A stretch of DNA of 63,298 nt, counting the filler, from Reticulomyxa filosa (Eukaryota; Protista; Foraminifera): assembly GCA_000512085.1 (NCBI GenBank). It is 18 parts of 18 records of this genome, joined end to end, with 100 filler letters (N's around TTAATTAATTAA, not from the genome) between each part and the next. Parts side by side here need not be neighbours in the genome. Positions count along the whole stretch, not along the records: positions 11,001 to 16,734 come from ASPP01024729.1; positions 16,835 to 21,504 come from ASPP01026766.1; positions 21,605 to 23,949 come from ASPP01008630.1; positions 24,050 to 26,334 come from ASPP01013118.1; 14 more parts are not named here. One strand, given 5' to 3'. Positions 13,970 to 26,434 of this stretch are shown here, piece after piece. How positions within the stretch are numbered: position 1 is the stretch's first letter; every line of letters starts with the position of its first letter. The translations under genes and the position numbers were made by a program. A model generated the notes under the pieces. That model had not been told where the DNA came from. It saw nothing but the letters and a program-made list of their open reading frames with translations, and made no database searches.

Positions 13970-14554
13970 CATAATGATTTCAATGCTACTTTTGTCGTTA
14001 TTTTAATTTGGATTACAAACATTATCTTTTTCAAAAAAACCTCTCCTTCCTGCCCTGCTACTCGTCACTTTCGCACAAAATCATCAATATTTTCTTTACT
14101 ACTCCTTTTTAAAACGGATTTTGAATCATGTACGAATCCCAAAAGTAATATCAGAATAATTAGCCACACAGAACCGCATACGCAGAAAGATCAAATAAAT
14201 TTGAAACACAATGGACAAGAAATGAAAACAAAGTTTTCAATAAGATTTTGTGCCATGAAAAAAAATTATGCTTTCGAAAAAATCGCGGATTTTGGATGTT
14301 CTCTTGAACAAATTCTTGCTTGCAAATTACCAAGTGTTCAATGAATTTTTATTCATATAATCTCAGCACCTCAATGATTATCTGTTCTTTTTTTTTATGT
14401 TTCAAAACTGCGAGGGTTAATGCACAAGAAAAGAATTTTATCGTAGTAGTTGGTTTTAAAACAACAAAATCCCGCAAAAAATGCCAAAAGTTGAACTCAG
14501 AAAGAAGCTTGACATGCACATTGAAAAGCAAATAATCTGATAAACTTGCAAAAA

Positions 14555-15745
14555 ATGTCTCAAGCGCCTTGTTCAGATTCGCAATTGCGATCCATTACGT
14601 TTGCATTCGAAGCAGCCGGAAATAAAATTTGGCGTAAAAATCTGAAAAAGAAAGTAGAGAAATGGCACGGAAGTGCAAAGAATAATGCCAAAAGAATGTG
14701 TGCTTTGGAAGGGGATTGCACTAATGAAACCAGTTCTTTTCTTGATGTTTTGGATAATCTTGAAGATGCGATGAAAGAGAATGAAATGAATGAAGTAGAT
14801 CTGCAAGAGACAAACAAGCATTTGTTTGAATGTGTGACAAGATACAACGGCTCAAGAACCAGACGCGACATAGAAGAGATTTGCTATGAACTGGCAGCAG
14901 TGGAATTTTTCCTACTGGAGAAGCAGCTCTTGTATTGTGATGAATATATAGAGAAGGCGAAATCACAGTGCAAAAAAAAAAAAAATGACGACGTGATTTC
15001 GCAATTAATCAAAAAGTCGGAAGACTCATTTGAAAAATGTAAAAGAAAATGTTTGACTCTGTTCATGTTTATGTCTCATTGTTTTGAAAAGGATAGTAAT
15101 AGGAAGCCACTGCAATTCTCTCAGTTGATGAGGGATGTCAAAGACTCGAGCTATAAGAATATTAAGATTGATGGATTTGAAATCGATGTGTATACTATTC
15201 CATTCGAAGATGAAGAACATTTTCTTTGGGATGGTGTTCTATCATATTTGAGTTTTTCATTACACGAATTGCTCGAAACGGTTGGCATTTCAGAACGTGA
15301 TATCCAAACCAAAACAAGTGTATTTAATGGCATGTATGAGGCGTTAGCCTCGGTATTGCAGAGTGGATATACAACTATATTTGGCGCTGGAGATGCATCT
15401 TTGCAAAAAACAAAAAATGGTGTTGAATCTGCAAAGAAGGAAATCATCACACTGATGGGAGAATGGCTACAAATTCAACGATCGTTAGAGGGATGCAAAA
15501 TGCTGGAAACAATGTTTGTGCTCCATAAAGATGTAGACATATTGTCCAATGTTGTCAAGGAGTGCAAGACCATTTGTGAAACATTGGACAAAACAGAACT
15601 GAATTCTCCAACAATTTGTTTCATTCAGGCGCTTTGTTATGAGCTAATATTTCACTTGAAATGTGCGGAAAAAGTTGCAAACCAAGTGATTCGGAGACAT
15701 CAAAATTTCCCTTCAAAATTTGATCAAAGAACTTATGGTTTTTAA
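14555..15745 (+). CDS. Intronless hypothetical all-helical protein (about 396 aa)
   Basis: Long uninterrupted ORF in AT-rich DNA with an AAAAATG start; no motif recognised. Confidence 0.7.
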   Translation: MSQAPCSDSQLRSITFAFEAAGNKIWRKNLKKKVEKWHGSAKNNAKRMCALEGDCTNETSSFLDVLDNLEDAMKENEMNEVDLQETNKHLFECVTRYNGSRTRRDIEEICYELAAVEFFLLEKQLLYCDEYIEKAKSQCKKKKNDDVISQLIKKSEDSFEKCKRKCLTLFMFMSHCFEKDSNRKPLQFSQLMRDVKDSSYKNIKIDGFEIDVYTIPFEDEEHFLWDGVLSYLSFSLHELLETVGISERDIQTKTSVFNGMYEALASVLQSGYTTIFGAGDASLQKTKNGVESAKKEIITLMGEWLQIQRSLEGCKMLETMFVLHKDVDILSNVVKECKTICETLDKTELNSPTICFIQALCYELIFHLKCAEKVANQVIRRHQNFPSKFDQRTYGF

Positions 15746-17392
15746 AAAACTTATCGGCATTTTAAATGCCACAGATAATGGAGTTGCGTTTTCCCTTTTC
15801 AACGTTTCCAATAATCGGAAAATCCAATTTTGTTTTGATTAATTGTTTCTTTTGTTCCCGTTTTTAAAAAACAAAAATAAATTTTAAAAATTGTTCAATC
15901 TTCAATTATTCACGAATCAAGTAAGGAATTTCTCATGAATGCTCAAAAGCAAAAAAAAAACTCAAAGAACAAGTAGTTGATAAAAAAAATTAATGATGAT
16001 AGAAATTTTACAAATGAGCAGGCAAGTTATTTATTTCATACTATGTCCTAATGTATATAACAACAAAATTAAAACTGCAAAAATGTAGAAAGAATGCTTA
16101 CAAACATATTTTTACAAATGTAGTAATATGTTCATAGCATTCAACATAACAAATAAAGTTGTTATTTTTTCATAAAGCTTACTCTTGCATTCCATTTTTC
16201 CGGTATTACACTAAATGTCTTCCACAATGAACAAGAACAAAAAAAGTAGTAGTGATCATAGGTGTGATATTAATCCGTATTATGATTCATTGACAAAAGA
16301 TTTCTTTGTTGTTTAAACAACAAAAAGATTGATATTGTGCTTTGCATAGTTGATTTATAATAAAAAAAACTAACATTTGTATTTTGAAGGAAAGATATTT
16401 GTCATTTGTTCTGTTTTCTAAAAAGGCAATACATTTTAAGAAAATAACAATCAAAATCCCAATTTTTTTATAATCGTATAATTTAATTAATTTTTTAATC
16501 TCATGCACGAATATCAAATTTGTTGAGTATAATTAATGAAATAGTTTTTTTATCATCAATTACAATTATTTTCTTTTTAATTTGGTTCACAAAAATTTTT
16601 TGATTGACTTACACCTCTCGTTGATAAAACTTATTAAAAAAAAACGGGAGCGATATATTTTGAGTTGGAAATAAAACAAACATTTGCAGCTTCAAACAAA
16701 AAAACTTTAACGTTCTCCAGTTTCTTTCCCCTTTNNNNNNNNNNNNNNNNNNNNNNNNNNNNNNNNNNNNNNNNNNNNTTAATTAATTAANNNNNNNNNN
16801 NNNNNNNNNNNNNNNNNNNNNNNNNNNNNNNNNNATTGCCACTTATCAATGGCATCGGCAATAGAAATACTAATATTGCAATTAGCACTTAAACAATAAG
16901 TACATGTATATACGACAGTGCTTACATACGAAAATGATACATTATGAAGATTATCAATTTTATATCAATTTTATGCGAAAGTAACTTTTTAAAATTGTTC
17001 TAATAAAGTTAAACATTTTCATAGCATTAAAATGTTTGCTATTGACAAAATTGTGAGAATATTTTGAAACAAAACGTTGCAAAGTCGAAAAGTGTTAGTT
17101 TTGTGTTTTTTTTGTCGTAACATAAATCGAGAGCAACGATAAGAAACAGTTTTTTTTTAAAATGATTGATTTGCAACAAAGAAAAAGGACCCAAAGTTTC
17201 CAAGAAAACTTTACCTTATTATGTTAGAATAAGTTTGAAAAGAAATTTACAACCTAAGTTTGTGTAGGTTCCCTTTTCTAACAAAATCATCAAAAAATAT
17301 GCCAAGGAAAATTCTCAACTTTGGTAGTTTTTACATTTTTATAAAATGTGACAATTTTGAGCTTCTTTAAAAAGAATTAAAACCATTGCAAA

Positions 17393-18605
17393 TCACACAA
17401 ATTGGAAAAATTTAAAAACAGAACTGGAACTTTTTACACCCAAGCAACTCTCAAGAACGGAATCAATTTTGGAATTGAAAGTGTTGCAGTGCTTAATAAA
17501 TTTATCCAGATGCTGATGAACAGCTTTCAGCTCGTCTTTCCGCTTTGCTTTTTCTGCGATTTCTAGCACAGTGTCTATTTCCGTGGTGCTGTACATTTTG
17601 CAATGTCTAAAATAGTTATCAAATGTTTCTAATTTTCCTAGAGACTGAGAATAGTCTTTGGCAAGCTTTTGGATTTCTTGAAGGGTCTTAATCTTCTTGT
17701 CTGTGTGTGTGTTGTATTCGTACAGATATAATATATGGGATGCTAAAAAACAAAAAGAAAGCTTTTCTCACCTTGGAATGGATTACTCTTCGTTCCTTGA
17801 AGCTTCTCACACACCCATTTTTTTAGGGACAGCGCAATCATTTTTAGCCAATCAAAGAATGACCACCAACTTGACGCTGGAACTTGGTTCAAACTTTCAG
17901 TGTTGATATTGGCTTGCTGACTTTTTAAATGAAGTGTATAACGTTATGTACTAATATATATATATATATATATGTACACATATATATTTGCATACAAGTA
18001 GTAAACTTTGATGGTAAATGCGAAACAACTTGCTTCCACATTTTTTTAAGAACATTGGCCTCCTTCATTATTTCATCCCACCAAATCTTTGGATCGTCTA
18101 ACTGTTTCATTGCTTCTGCCCATGTTTTGACCAGCGTAAGAATTTGTTGCTTCCACTCCTCTTGCTCTTTTTTGTCTTGGTCAAATTGTACTTGTAAATC
18201 TCCAATCAATTGCTTTGTTTGAAAAATGACGCTGGCAATCTTTTTTTTTGTCTCGGTCAGCTTGCTCACAAAGTGCTCTTTCCAGTCCAGCGTCCTTTTC
18301 ATTGTCTCATCAAAGCTTTTTTCAAGGTTTGTATACGTCTTCACGTCTTCTTCTTCCTTTAAATTCTTACCCTCGTTCAAACCGTTTATTACGTCTCTTA
18401 ATGCTCTTGACACTGAATCAAATGCTTTCCAATCCTTTTCTGCCCATTCCGAAATCTTGGATGGTTCTTTAATGTCTTTGTTCTCGGTGTCGTTTTTACA
18501 TTTTACTTTTTCTCTATCTATCTTCTCTGATTTTCCCTTTTGTGGCACATCTGATACATCTATTAGTATTTCTTTTATATCCTTTGAAAGAGCTATTCTA
18601 CTCAT
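17393..18605 (-). CDS. Three-exon coiled-coil hypothetical protein
   Basis: Exon 1 MSRIALSK..., middle exon 'QQANINTESLNQVPASSWWSFFDWLKMIALSLKKW', exon 3 joins ORF 17393-17596 through GT..AG introns. Confidence 0.65.
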
Positions 18606-20379
18606 CGCTTCACTTAGAACAAAGTCATAAAGGAACAAAAAATAAATGGAAGGAATCCCTTTTAGTTCCTTTTTAAGACTGAGACGTGAAAAATAAGGAA
18701 GAGTAAGCTAAATTTAGTTTTTTTTTCAATACTTTGTTATTTTCAGTGAATACGACAATTTTGCATTTTCATAACATATTGTTTCCTAAAATACACTATA
18801 AAAAGACATTTTTGTTATCATTTTTTTTCAAACGAAACAATTAACAGATCAAACTTTACATTTACTATCATAATCGAATTTTTATCTTGTACACTACAAA
18901 ATCATGTACATAAAAAGAATAATATTTTTCAAACTTTCTATTACCATATTACAAAAAACAATTTCACATTTCTTATTTAAATATCATAAAACTAGATTTT
19001 TTTATCTTGTTATAATTGTACTTTCCATTCCTTTAATTCATTTTAAATACTCTTCCTTTTTGATAATGTCCATTCACTAATATTTTCCACCTTTGAGAAG
19101 ATTTTCCACACAATATTTTAATTGGATATTTTTGAATGTTTCTTTCAATTCTTCTGTTCGATATGTTATTAAATAACGCAATACAAAACATGTTGTAGAA
19201 ATTGAAACGAAAGTAAAATCCAATAACATTTGATTTTTATTAATAGTATCTTGACACCAAAAACTCAATGAATGAATGTAATTGGATTTTTGGAATAGTA
19301 TTTTTTCAATATCTTTAACTCCTTCATACAGGATTTTTTATCTAATTCTATGTATGATTGTATCAAAACATCGACATCTTTTAAAGAAAAAAGTAGTTCA
19401 GAATAAAACTTATTTTGAAAAATATACAAACATTTCTGATGATGAAATGATAATTTTTCAATTTCATTTTCATCCAACGTTTCCATTATTTTAAATGTCA
19501 ATCTAAGTGCATTTTGCCAGCTCAATACTATGACAAGTCAATCCCTTTTTGTCCTAGAGATTCAATTATAGTCTGTACTGTTTGATGTATTTCTTCATTC
19601 TAAAATGTGCAATCAATAGCCAAAACAGATTAAAATATAATAAATATATCTTTCTAATTGCAATCAGTAGAATGAATTATGCGTTAGTTTGCATCCAAAT
19701 ATACTTTGAATATTGTCTTCTTCGAAACTGTACAGATTGCTCATGAAATGTACATTGATCCAATATATCTCAGTGACATTATGTCCTACAAGTTAATTCA
19801 ACATAGCTTCTATTATGCAATAAAAGGTCACAAGTTACTTAATTGTATTTCAAGAATAGTTTTTATATTTTATTATACTGACTTGTGACTTTTACGTCAT
19901 ATTGTTTCATGATACAATCTTTCGCAAAATGATTCAATTTAAAACATTTCTGACATTGTATAAATGTGACTTATGTATGTTTCTGTACTTGTAATATTTC
20001 ACAATGGTCAGTATGTATACTATTTATTATATTTTTCATGCTATTTTTACTTATGTTTTTTTTTTCAAGTTGTAATTAGAGTGATTGCAATATCATGACT
20101 AATCTTGATATATATACTTTATCTTGATTTTTAGTTCATTCTTGTTTGTATTGTATTATCAGACTTTGCATCTACACATTTATCTTTCGATATATTTATT
20201 ATGATGTCTTCACCTTTCACTGTGTAATCATTTTGCTTGACATATACACATTTATATTTGTGCCAAGTCAATTGTATTGCATGTTGCTTTTTTTATCTGA
20301 TTAAGTTTTGTTATTTTCATTTTTTTCATAAGGAGCTTGTTGCGTTGTCTCTTTTTCCAATATAATTTCATCAAATTGT

Positions 20380-21504
20380 TCACACAAATTGATCAATCGA
20401 GCGTTTACAAACAGGGTTTCGGATTTTATCTAAATCTTTGATCCACTCCAGGAGCTTTGAAATTATACCAAAGTTTGTGGTAAACCCAAGAGCACGTAAT
20501 ACTATCACTTGCTCAATGGAATCGGTCGTACTTAAATAATACTATTCCGCCGTGTTCAATTTCAATAGAATACACAACATTTCTCAAAGCAGGTGCAAGA
20601 TAGGCATCTTACCACTTTCAAAGGGAACAAAAGATGGAAGAGACAAAAAAAAAAGGGCAAGTAAACAAAAACTTAACTCAAAAGTGATAAGTATCAAAAT
20701 AATTAACTAAAAACAAAAATTATCTAACTGTTTCTACGTACACTATATACTTTAAATTCATGAAAGCTTTAAAGCGTTTCAAAGCTTCATCGATGACAGA
20801 CTGATAGCCATGTTTGCTCATCGCTCTCAAAGTCAGATGTTTCAACAATGCATGTGTCTCTTCGTCTCTGTCTCCTTGTCAGTCAATTTTTTTAAACACT
20901 AGGAGTAACACTTTGTGCAAGAACATCGTCATCATTAATGATATTGAAAACAACTTGTGCAGCATCCAGAAAGATATACCAAATGGAATAAGTGATTTCG
21001 TTTTCAAACAACACAATCAAGTTAAACAAGTCTTTGGTCGCCTGTGAATTGCACACTCGCGCAACTGCCAAAGTGTATCGCATCAAACATATCTTATCTG
21101 TTATGTTCAAGTTTTTAGCACCGTTTCGCAATTCGTGAGTCAAGCTACCCATCAGCGTCTTGTCATACTGACACGCATAAAAGCATATTCTTTGACAAAT
21201 CCACAATTTGTTTCTTTTTTTTGCAAACAACACTGTTATCGCTTCATTTCCGATCCGAAGTTTCATTGGAATATTCCAAACTATACTCCTTTTTTTTAAA
21301 AAAAAAATTAAGTATAATTTATGTACTTGTACGTATACAACAATTCAATTCAACAACAACAAAAAAACACCTGTTCTTTAGTCAATGTTCCTGAGAACAA
21401 ATGACGGATTTGCGTGAGGATAAGCTTGTCTTCGCTTCGAACACCGGTGACCAGGGGGGTGGAAGCCTTGCTCTTTGTTTGATCCAGGTGTGCATAATTG
21501 TGCT
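20380..21504 (-). pseudogene. M1 (puromycin-sensitive/ERAP1-like) aminopeptidase C-terminal domain, disrupted
   Basis: 'CFYACQYDKTLMGSL...LNITDKICLMRYTLAVAR...FENEITYSIW' and 'HGYQSVIDEALKRF' match the ERAP1_C pattern. Frameshift near 20910 and in-frame TGA at 20879-20881. Confidence 0.6.
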
Positions 21505-21604
21505 NNNNNNNNNNNNNNNNNNNNNNNNNNNNNNNNNNNNNNNNNNNNTTAATTAATTAANNNNNNNNNNNNNNNNNNNNNNNNNNNNNNNNNNNNNNNN
21601 NNNN

Positions 21605-22514
21605 GATATTGCAACAACAACAGCAACAGCAACAACAACAACAACAGCAACAACAACAGCAACAGCAACAAAGCGAGTTTGATCACAGAAGAGAGGCCGC
21701 TGTTACTACTACTACTTCTTCTTCTTCTAAAGAGAAATCTTTGCCGATATGGTTTTATCGTGCCTTTGAGCATTATCGATCCAAATTCAATCTCGGTTGA
21801 GTATGTGTGTTTTTTTTTGCATGTATATATGTAACTCTGCAATTAGATATGTGTACAACTGCATGTGTGTTTACACTAGAGGCCCGCCTGGACGTTTACT
21901 GGAATCGCTATTTGGAAATTAAAAATCAACAATGGATGCACAACGCCTACGTTAAAAAATTTCAAAGTGGGGACCCAGCGGTGTCTGGTCTTCCTCCTCC
22001 AGCACCCATCCAACTTGGACCTCAAGAACATGCTTTTTTCGATTGCATTGAATCATATAGGAGATATGTCACCCGCAATGCTGAAAAACAGCAGCAACCA
22101 CAATCACAGATACACGATGTGGTCGAGTCAACCCATTATCGACAGCCATTCCATGGACGGCGTGACGAAGTCTTAAGCTCGTTGTCTGGTACAAGTAATG
22201 CCCTAGCCACTGGAATGACTGGCATGGATTATAATGCAAATGGAACCGGGAGAACCATTGCCAACGTAGATGAAAGGACAGGCTTTCCCATGGCGAATGC
22301 GCCATTTCACACCATCGAGCCAAGCACTGGTACATCGGGAACTATTCCAATGCATCGGATGATGGCACATCACCAGTCAATGCGAGGCACTACTCCAAAC
22401 TTCGTACGATCCCCCGTCACGACTGATACAACTGCCAACACATCTAAAAATACTGGTGGTGTTCAAATGTATAATAAATCTGCAGCTACGACTCATCCAA
22501 TCTTTGATAATTGA
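21605..22514 (+). CDS. 3' part of a poly-Q-containing hypothetical protein; intron about 21797-21879
   Basis: CAA/CAG tract and open frames joined by GT..AG. Confidence 0.55.
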
Positions 22515-23910
22515 TTCGATCAATCGCAAACTCTCTCAATTCTCTGTTCTACATGGGAAAGTTAATTATGTGCACTTCATACATATTTATGATTATTATT
22601 TTTTTTTTTTTTTGTCACAAAACGACTCCAGGTTCAAACTTAATCACAAGGGCAAGCAACCAATAAATGTTGATTTTCATACTAAATGTTCAACTTTAAA
22701 AAAAAATTAAAACTTTTGTTCTGTTCCTTTCTTTAGTTTTGTGTTTTTCTTTACGTTTTTTTAAGTGTTTATAAAACAAACATACAATGGTTTTTTTTGG
22801 CTTGTGCGCTCTCTTTGGAGGGTGTATGTTTGGATTGGGACTGCTTTTTTTTTTTGTCTTGGCTTTGGGGTCGATGAGCATTGTGCGATGCTTTTTTTTC
22901 CAAAAGTGCCTTTTTTTGCCATTCTAAAAAACATTTAATATTGTTTATCATCTCTTTGGTGGATTTTGATTTTTATGTAAATTGTTCACTTGAACTTCTC
23001 AATTAAAACTCTTCTCTGACAGTGCTAAATAAATACACCAATTAAATCGTTTGTTGGATCAATCAACAATGAGCTACTCCAAAAAAAGTGGTGAGCTTCT
23101 GAAAATGGAAACACAATTGCAACTGTCGTGGGAAAAAAAAATTTTAACTTGTTTTAACTTATTAAAATAAAAACACACAAACATTCACCAAAACTTTCAC
23201 AACACAATTGCTATTTATTAAAATAAAGTCATTGCATATGTAAATTTAAGTTTTATTGAATACAGTTGAGATTTCAAAAGATAAACCAAAACCTCTTTTT
23301 GTAGAACTTAGCAAATAAAAAAAAAAGGAAAGATAAAAAGAAAAAAAAGAAATGCAAACAATCTGTTGTATGCATATGTGAACTTTTTTTATGATTAACT
23401 GATCAAGCGTTAATGTTTCATTTTTCGCAGAATTTTTTTTTAAGTTTAGAACGGAGCTGTTTGGGGGCAATATTGTCAATGTGTTTACTTGACGAATATT
23501 TCAATAGAAGGACTATCATTTTTGTGAGCTATTTTTGTCTTTTTTCTGCATTATTTTTTTTTACTCGATATTTTCAAATATTAAAAAAAAATGCTAATGA
23601 AATTATGCTAACATGACGTATTAATATTTTGTCATAATTATATGTTTTTTAACAAATATTGATGTAATCTCTTTATTGGAATTGATAAATTATTGTTTTG
23701 TGTTTTTTTTTTCTAGATCGATATGCTCCAAAATTACGAATTATTAAAAATTGGATTGGGTGCTTCTTCGACACTTGCTATATTTTGAAATATGTGAAAA
23801 ATATGCTATCAACTAGATTTTTATTAAACGATTACTCAATCATGTTCAACATTTCTGCCAGTTAATTTATTTAATCAAAAAATAATTGATTTTTTTTACA
23901 ATCTTGTATA

Positions 23911-23949
23911 CAGTATGTTGCAAAGAAAACTGAACGCCTAAAACATATC
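23911..23949 (+). mobile_element. Left terminus of the Tc1-like MITE family, cut by the contig end
   Basis: TA|CAGTATGTTGCAAAGAAAACTGAACGCCTAAAA resembles the termini at 13381 and 43241. Confidence 0.55.
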
Positions 23950-24049
23950 NNNNNNNNNNNNNNNNNNNNNNNNNNNNNNNNNNNNNNNNNNNNTTAATTA
24001 ATTAANNNNNNNNNNNNNNNNNNNNNNNNNNNNNNNNNNNNNNNNNNNN

Positions 24050-24140
24050 AATTATGTCTGAATGTTGTTTTTTCATGTAGAAAATCAATCATCACTATAA
24101 GGTGTCATTTTAGGTGTCAACTTTACTTTGCATTATACCG
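24050..24140 (-). mobile_element. Right arm and terminus of the same MITE family
   Basis: Reverse complement TA|CGGTATAATGCAAAGTAAAGTTGACACCTAAAATGACACCTTATAGTGATGATTGATTTTCTACATGAAAAAACAAC matches 13381-13460. Confidence 0.75.
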
Positions 24141-24490
24141 TACAACATAGATGAAAGATAGTCTGTTTATCTATAAATTATTTTTACTTTAGTCCTTTTC
24201 AATAAAGATATACAAGTCAAATACTAAAAAAGCTCTTTTTTGTTGTACTGTTTTTTTTGCAAACTACTGTACAATAATAGAAACTAGCTGTTTTTACAAT
24301 ATAACCCAAAACGCCACAAATACAAAACATTAAATAAGTGCTTGAACAAAACAAAATGAATGTAATTGAGTCCACTCCAAATTCATCTAGTCTTTATGTA
24401 ATAATCCAATCAAAATTTTACAATGTGATCAAATAAAACATCACAACAACTATTGAAAAAATACTTGAAATACAAAAGAAAATTGATACA

Positions 24491-24600
24491 GATGATTGAT
24501 TTTCCCCATGAAAAACCAACATTCAGACCTAATTTTTTAAAAAAAATATCTACGAACCGTGTAGTTTTTGAATGTAATTTTGGCTTTTTGTTAAATCTTT
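24491..24600 (+). mobile_element. Truncated arm of the same MITE family
   Basis: GATGATTGATTTTCCCCATGAAAA...CGTGTAGTTTTT matches 13424-13520. Confidence 0.7.
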
Positions 24601-24762
24601 ACTGGTTGTTTTGATATTTTTGCTTGTTGTTTACTTAAATGAACGCTAATAATTTTTGTGTCATCTTGTCTATATCAAACAAAAGATAGTATTTTGGTAT
24701 CTGCACTTCTATTGTTTTGTTTGTGTCATATGCATATAATCGGGGAAAAAAAAAAGTAAATA

Positions 24763-25704
24763 ATGACACATAATATCTTTAAAAAATTGGCAATCCAGAC
24801 ATGTCGACAAACTTTTAAGCATGAAAAACGACATTTGAGTAAGATTAACACTCATGACGAGCGAATTCAACAAGAATTTACCACCTCAGCTAAGCTTTTT
24901 AGTGACGCAATGTCAAAAAGAGCGACACGTTTGCTGTCCCCTCTACTCAAAGCATGTGATGTCTCCCAACTGAAGAATCCAAAACCGACAATAGTGGACG
25001 TCGCTTGTGGTCCTGGACTGACGACAATAGGAGTGTCAAAGCTGAACAAATATGGGAAAACGATTGGTTTAGATATAACAAATGAGATGTTACGAGTGGC
25101 CCGAAATAACGCAGAAAAGGAGCAACAAGCTCTGGGAAATGGTGAAAAATTGCATATTGAGTTTCGCACTGGAAATGTTGAACACTTGCCTTTTGAGCCC
25201 GACTCCGTGGATATGGTAGTGTCGAGGCTGGCATTTCACCATTTTGTCAGTCCAAAGAAAGTGATGAGTGAGATCTTTCGAGTACTCAAAAGAACGGGAA
25301 CGGCGGTAATAATGGACATTGTTACTGCGAATGATGACAAAGCGAAATATTCTCACTACAAGACGAGCAGTAAAGAATGTACTCGATTGTATGAATTATG
25401 CAACGCCATTGAAAAGTTAAGGGATCCTTCTCATCATGGGTTCCTTTGGGAATCGGACATGTTGCACTTGTTCGAAAGCACCGGATTTGAACGTGTTGAA
25501 ACGACTGACAAGTTTGAGGATGCGAGAACGGTGCGACAATGGATTGAACAGACGGGGTCCTACGACCAGAGGCGTGGTGTTGAGGTCCTTTTGAGGGAAT
25601 TGCTTGAACACAAGGTGGACACTGGCATGCAACTTCATCTCAATGACCAACACGAATTGATGTTTGTTCATCGATATGTTGTTTGGAGGGCGCACAAACC
25701 ATAA
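24763..25704 (+). CDS. Class I SAM-dependent methyltransferase (Methyltransf_11/UbiE-YcgJ-like), intronless, with possible mitochondrial presequence
   Basis: 'VDVACGPG', 'GLDITNEML', 'GNVEHLPFEPDSVDMVVSRLAFHHF', 'LRDPSH'. Confidence 0.92.
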   Translation: MTHNIFKKLAIQTCRQTFKHEKRHLSKINTHDERIQQEFTTSAKLFSDAMSKRATRLLSPLLKACDVSQLKNPKPTIVDVACGPGLTTIGVSKLNKYGKTIGLDITNEMLRVARNNAEKEQQALGNGEKLHIEFRTGNVEHLPFEPDSVDMVVSRLAFHHFVSPKKVMSEIFRVLKRTGTAVIMDIVTANDDKAKYSHYKTSSKECTRLYELCNAIEKLRDPSHHGFLWESDMLHLFESTGFERVETTDKFEDARTVRQWIEQTGSYDQRRGVEVLLRELLEHKVDTGMQLHLNDQHELMFVHRYVVWRAHKP

Positions 25705-26434
25705 TGCATTTTTTTTTTCCACCTCTCTTTCTTCAACGTATTGCTATTGTAAATATATGTTTTTTTTCTCACCAATTACTGCTTTTTCTTTATCAGCAAA
25801 GTACTACGAATAATGATCGGCTCAATATGTCTTTTGGACTGTTACTGGATTTCATACATACCTCTCTTTTCAAAAAATCAAAAAAGAATTCACAGTTCTC
25901 ATTTTGTGGAAATGCTCCCAATCGAGGAAAAAACAACTTTTTTTTGGCATATTGTATTTGTTTATATCTCAATCAGCTTTTTGCATCACAAAAAAAATCA
26001 CATAAGGAGCATTTTTACACAGTTTTTTTTTTAGAAGGTAAATTTTTTGCCAAAACAATTTTTTAAAAAATTCAGATAAGATTCCCCCCTAAATTTTTTT
26101 TTTGTTGAAGATAGCTTGATCATTGGGTAAGATTTGATAAAGAAATGAAAGGGTTCTTTCCCGAAGACGAAGAAGAAGAGGACGAGCAAGAGCAAGAGCA
26201 AGAGCAGGAGCAGGAAGATGAGCAGGAAAGAGAGGAAGAAGAAGAAGCTCAAGAAGAAGAAGCTCCAGAAGAAGAAGCTCCGGAAGAAGAAGTAGAAGAA
26301 GTAGAAGAAGAAGAAGAAGAAGAAGAAGAAGAAGNNNNNNNNNNNNNNNNNNNNNNNNNNNNNNNNNNNNNNNNNNNNTTAATTAATTAANNNNNNNNNN
26401 NNNNNNNNNNNNNNNNNNNNNNNNNNNNNNNNNN

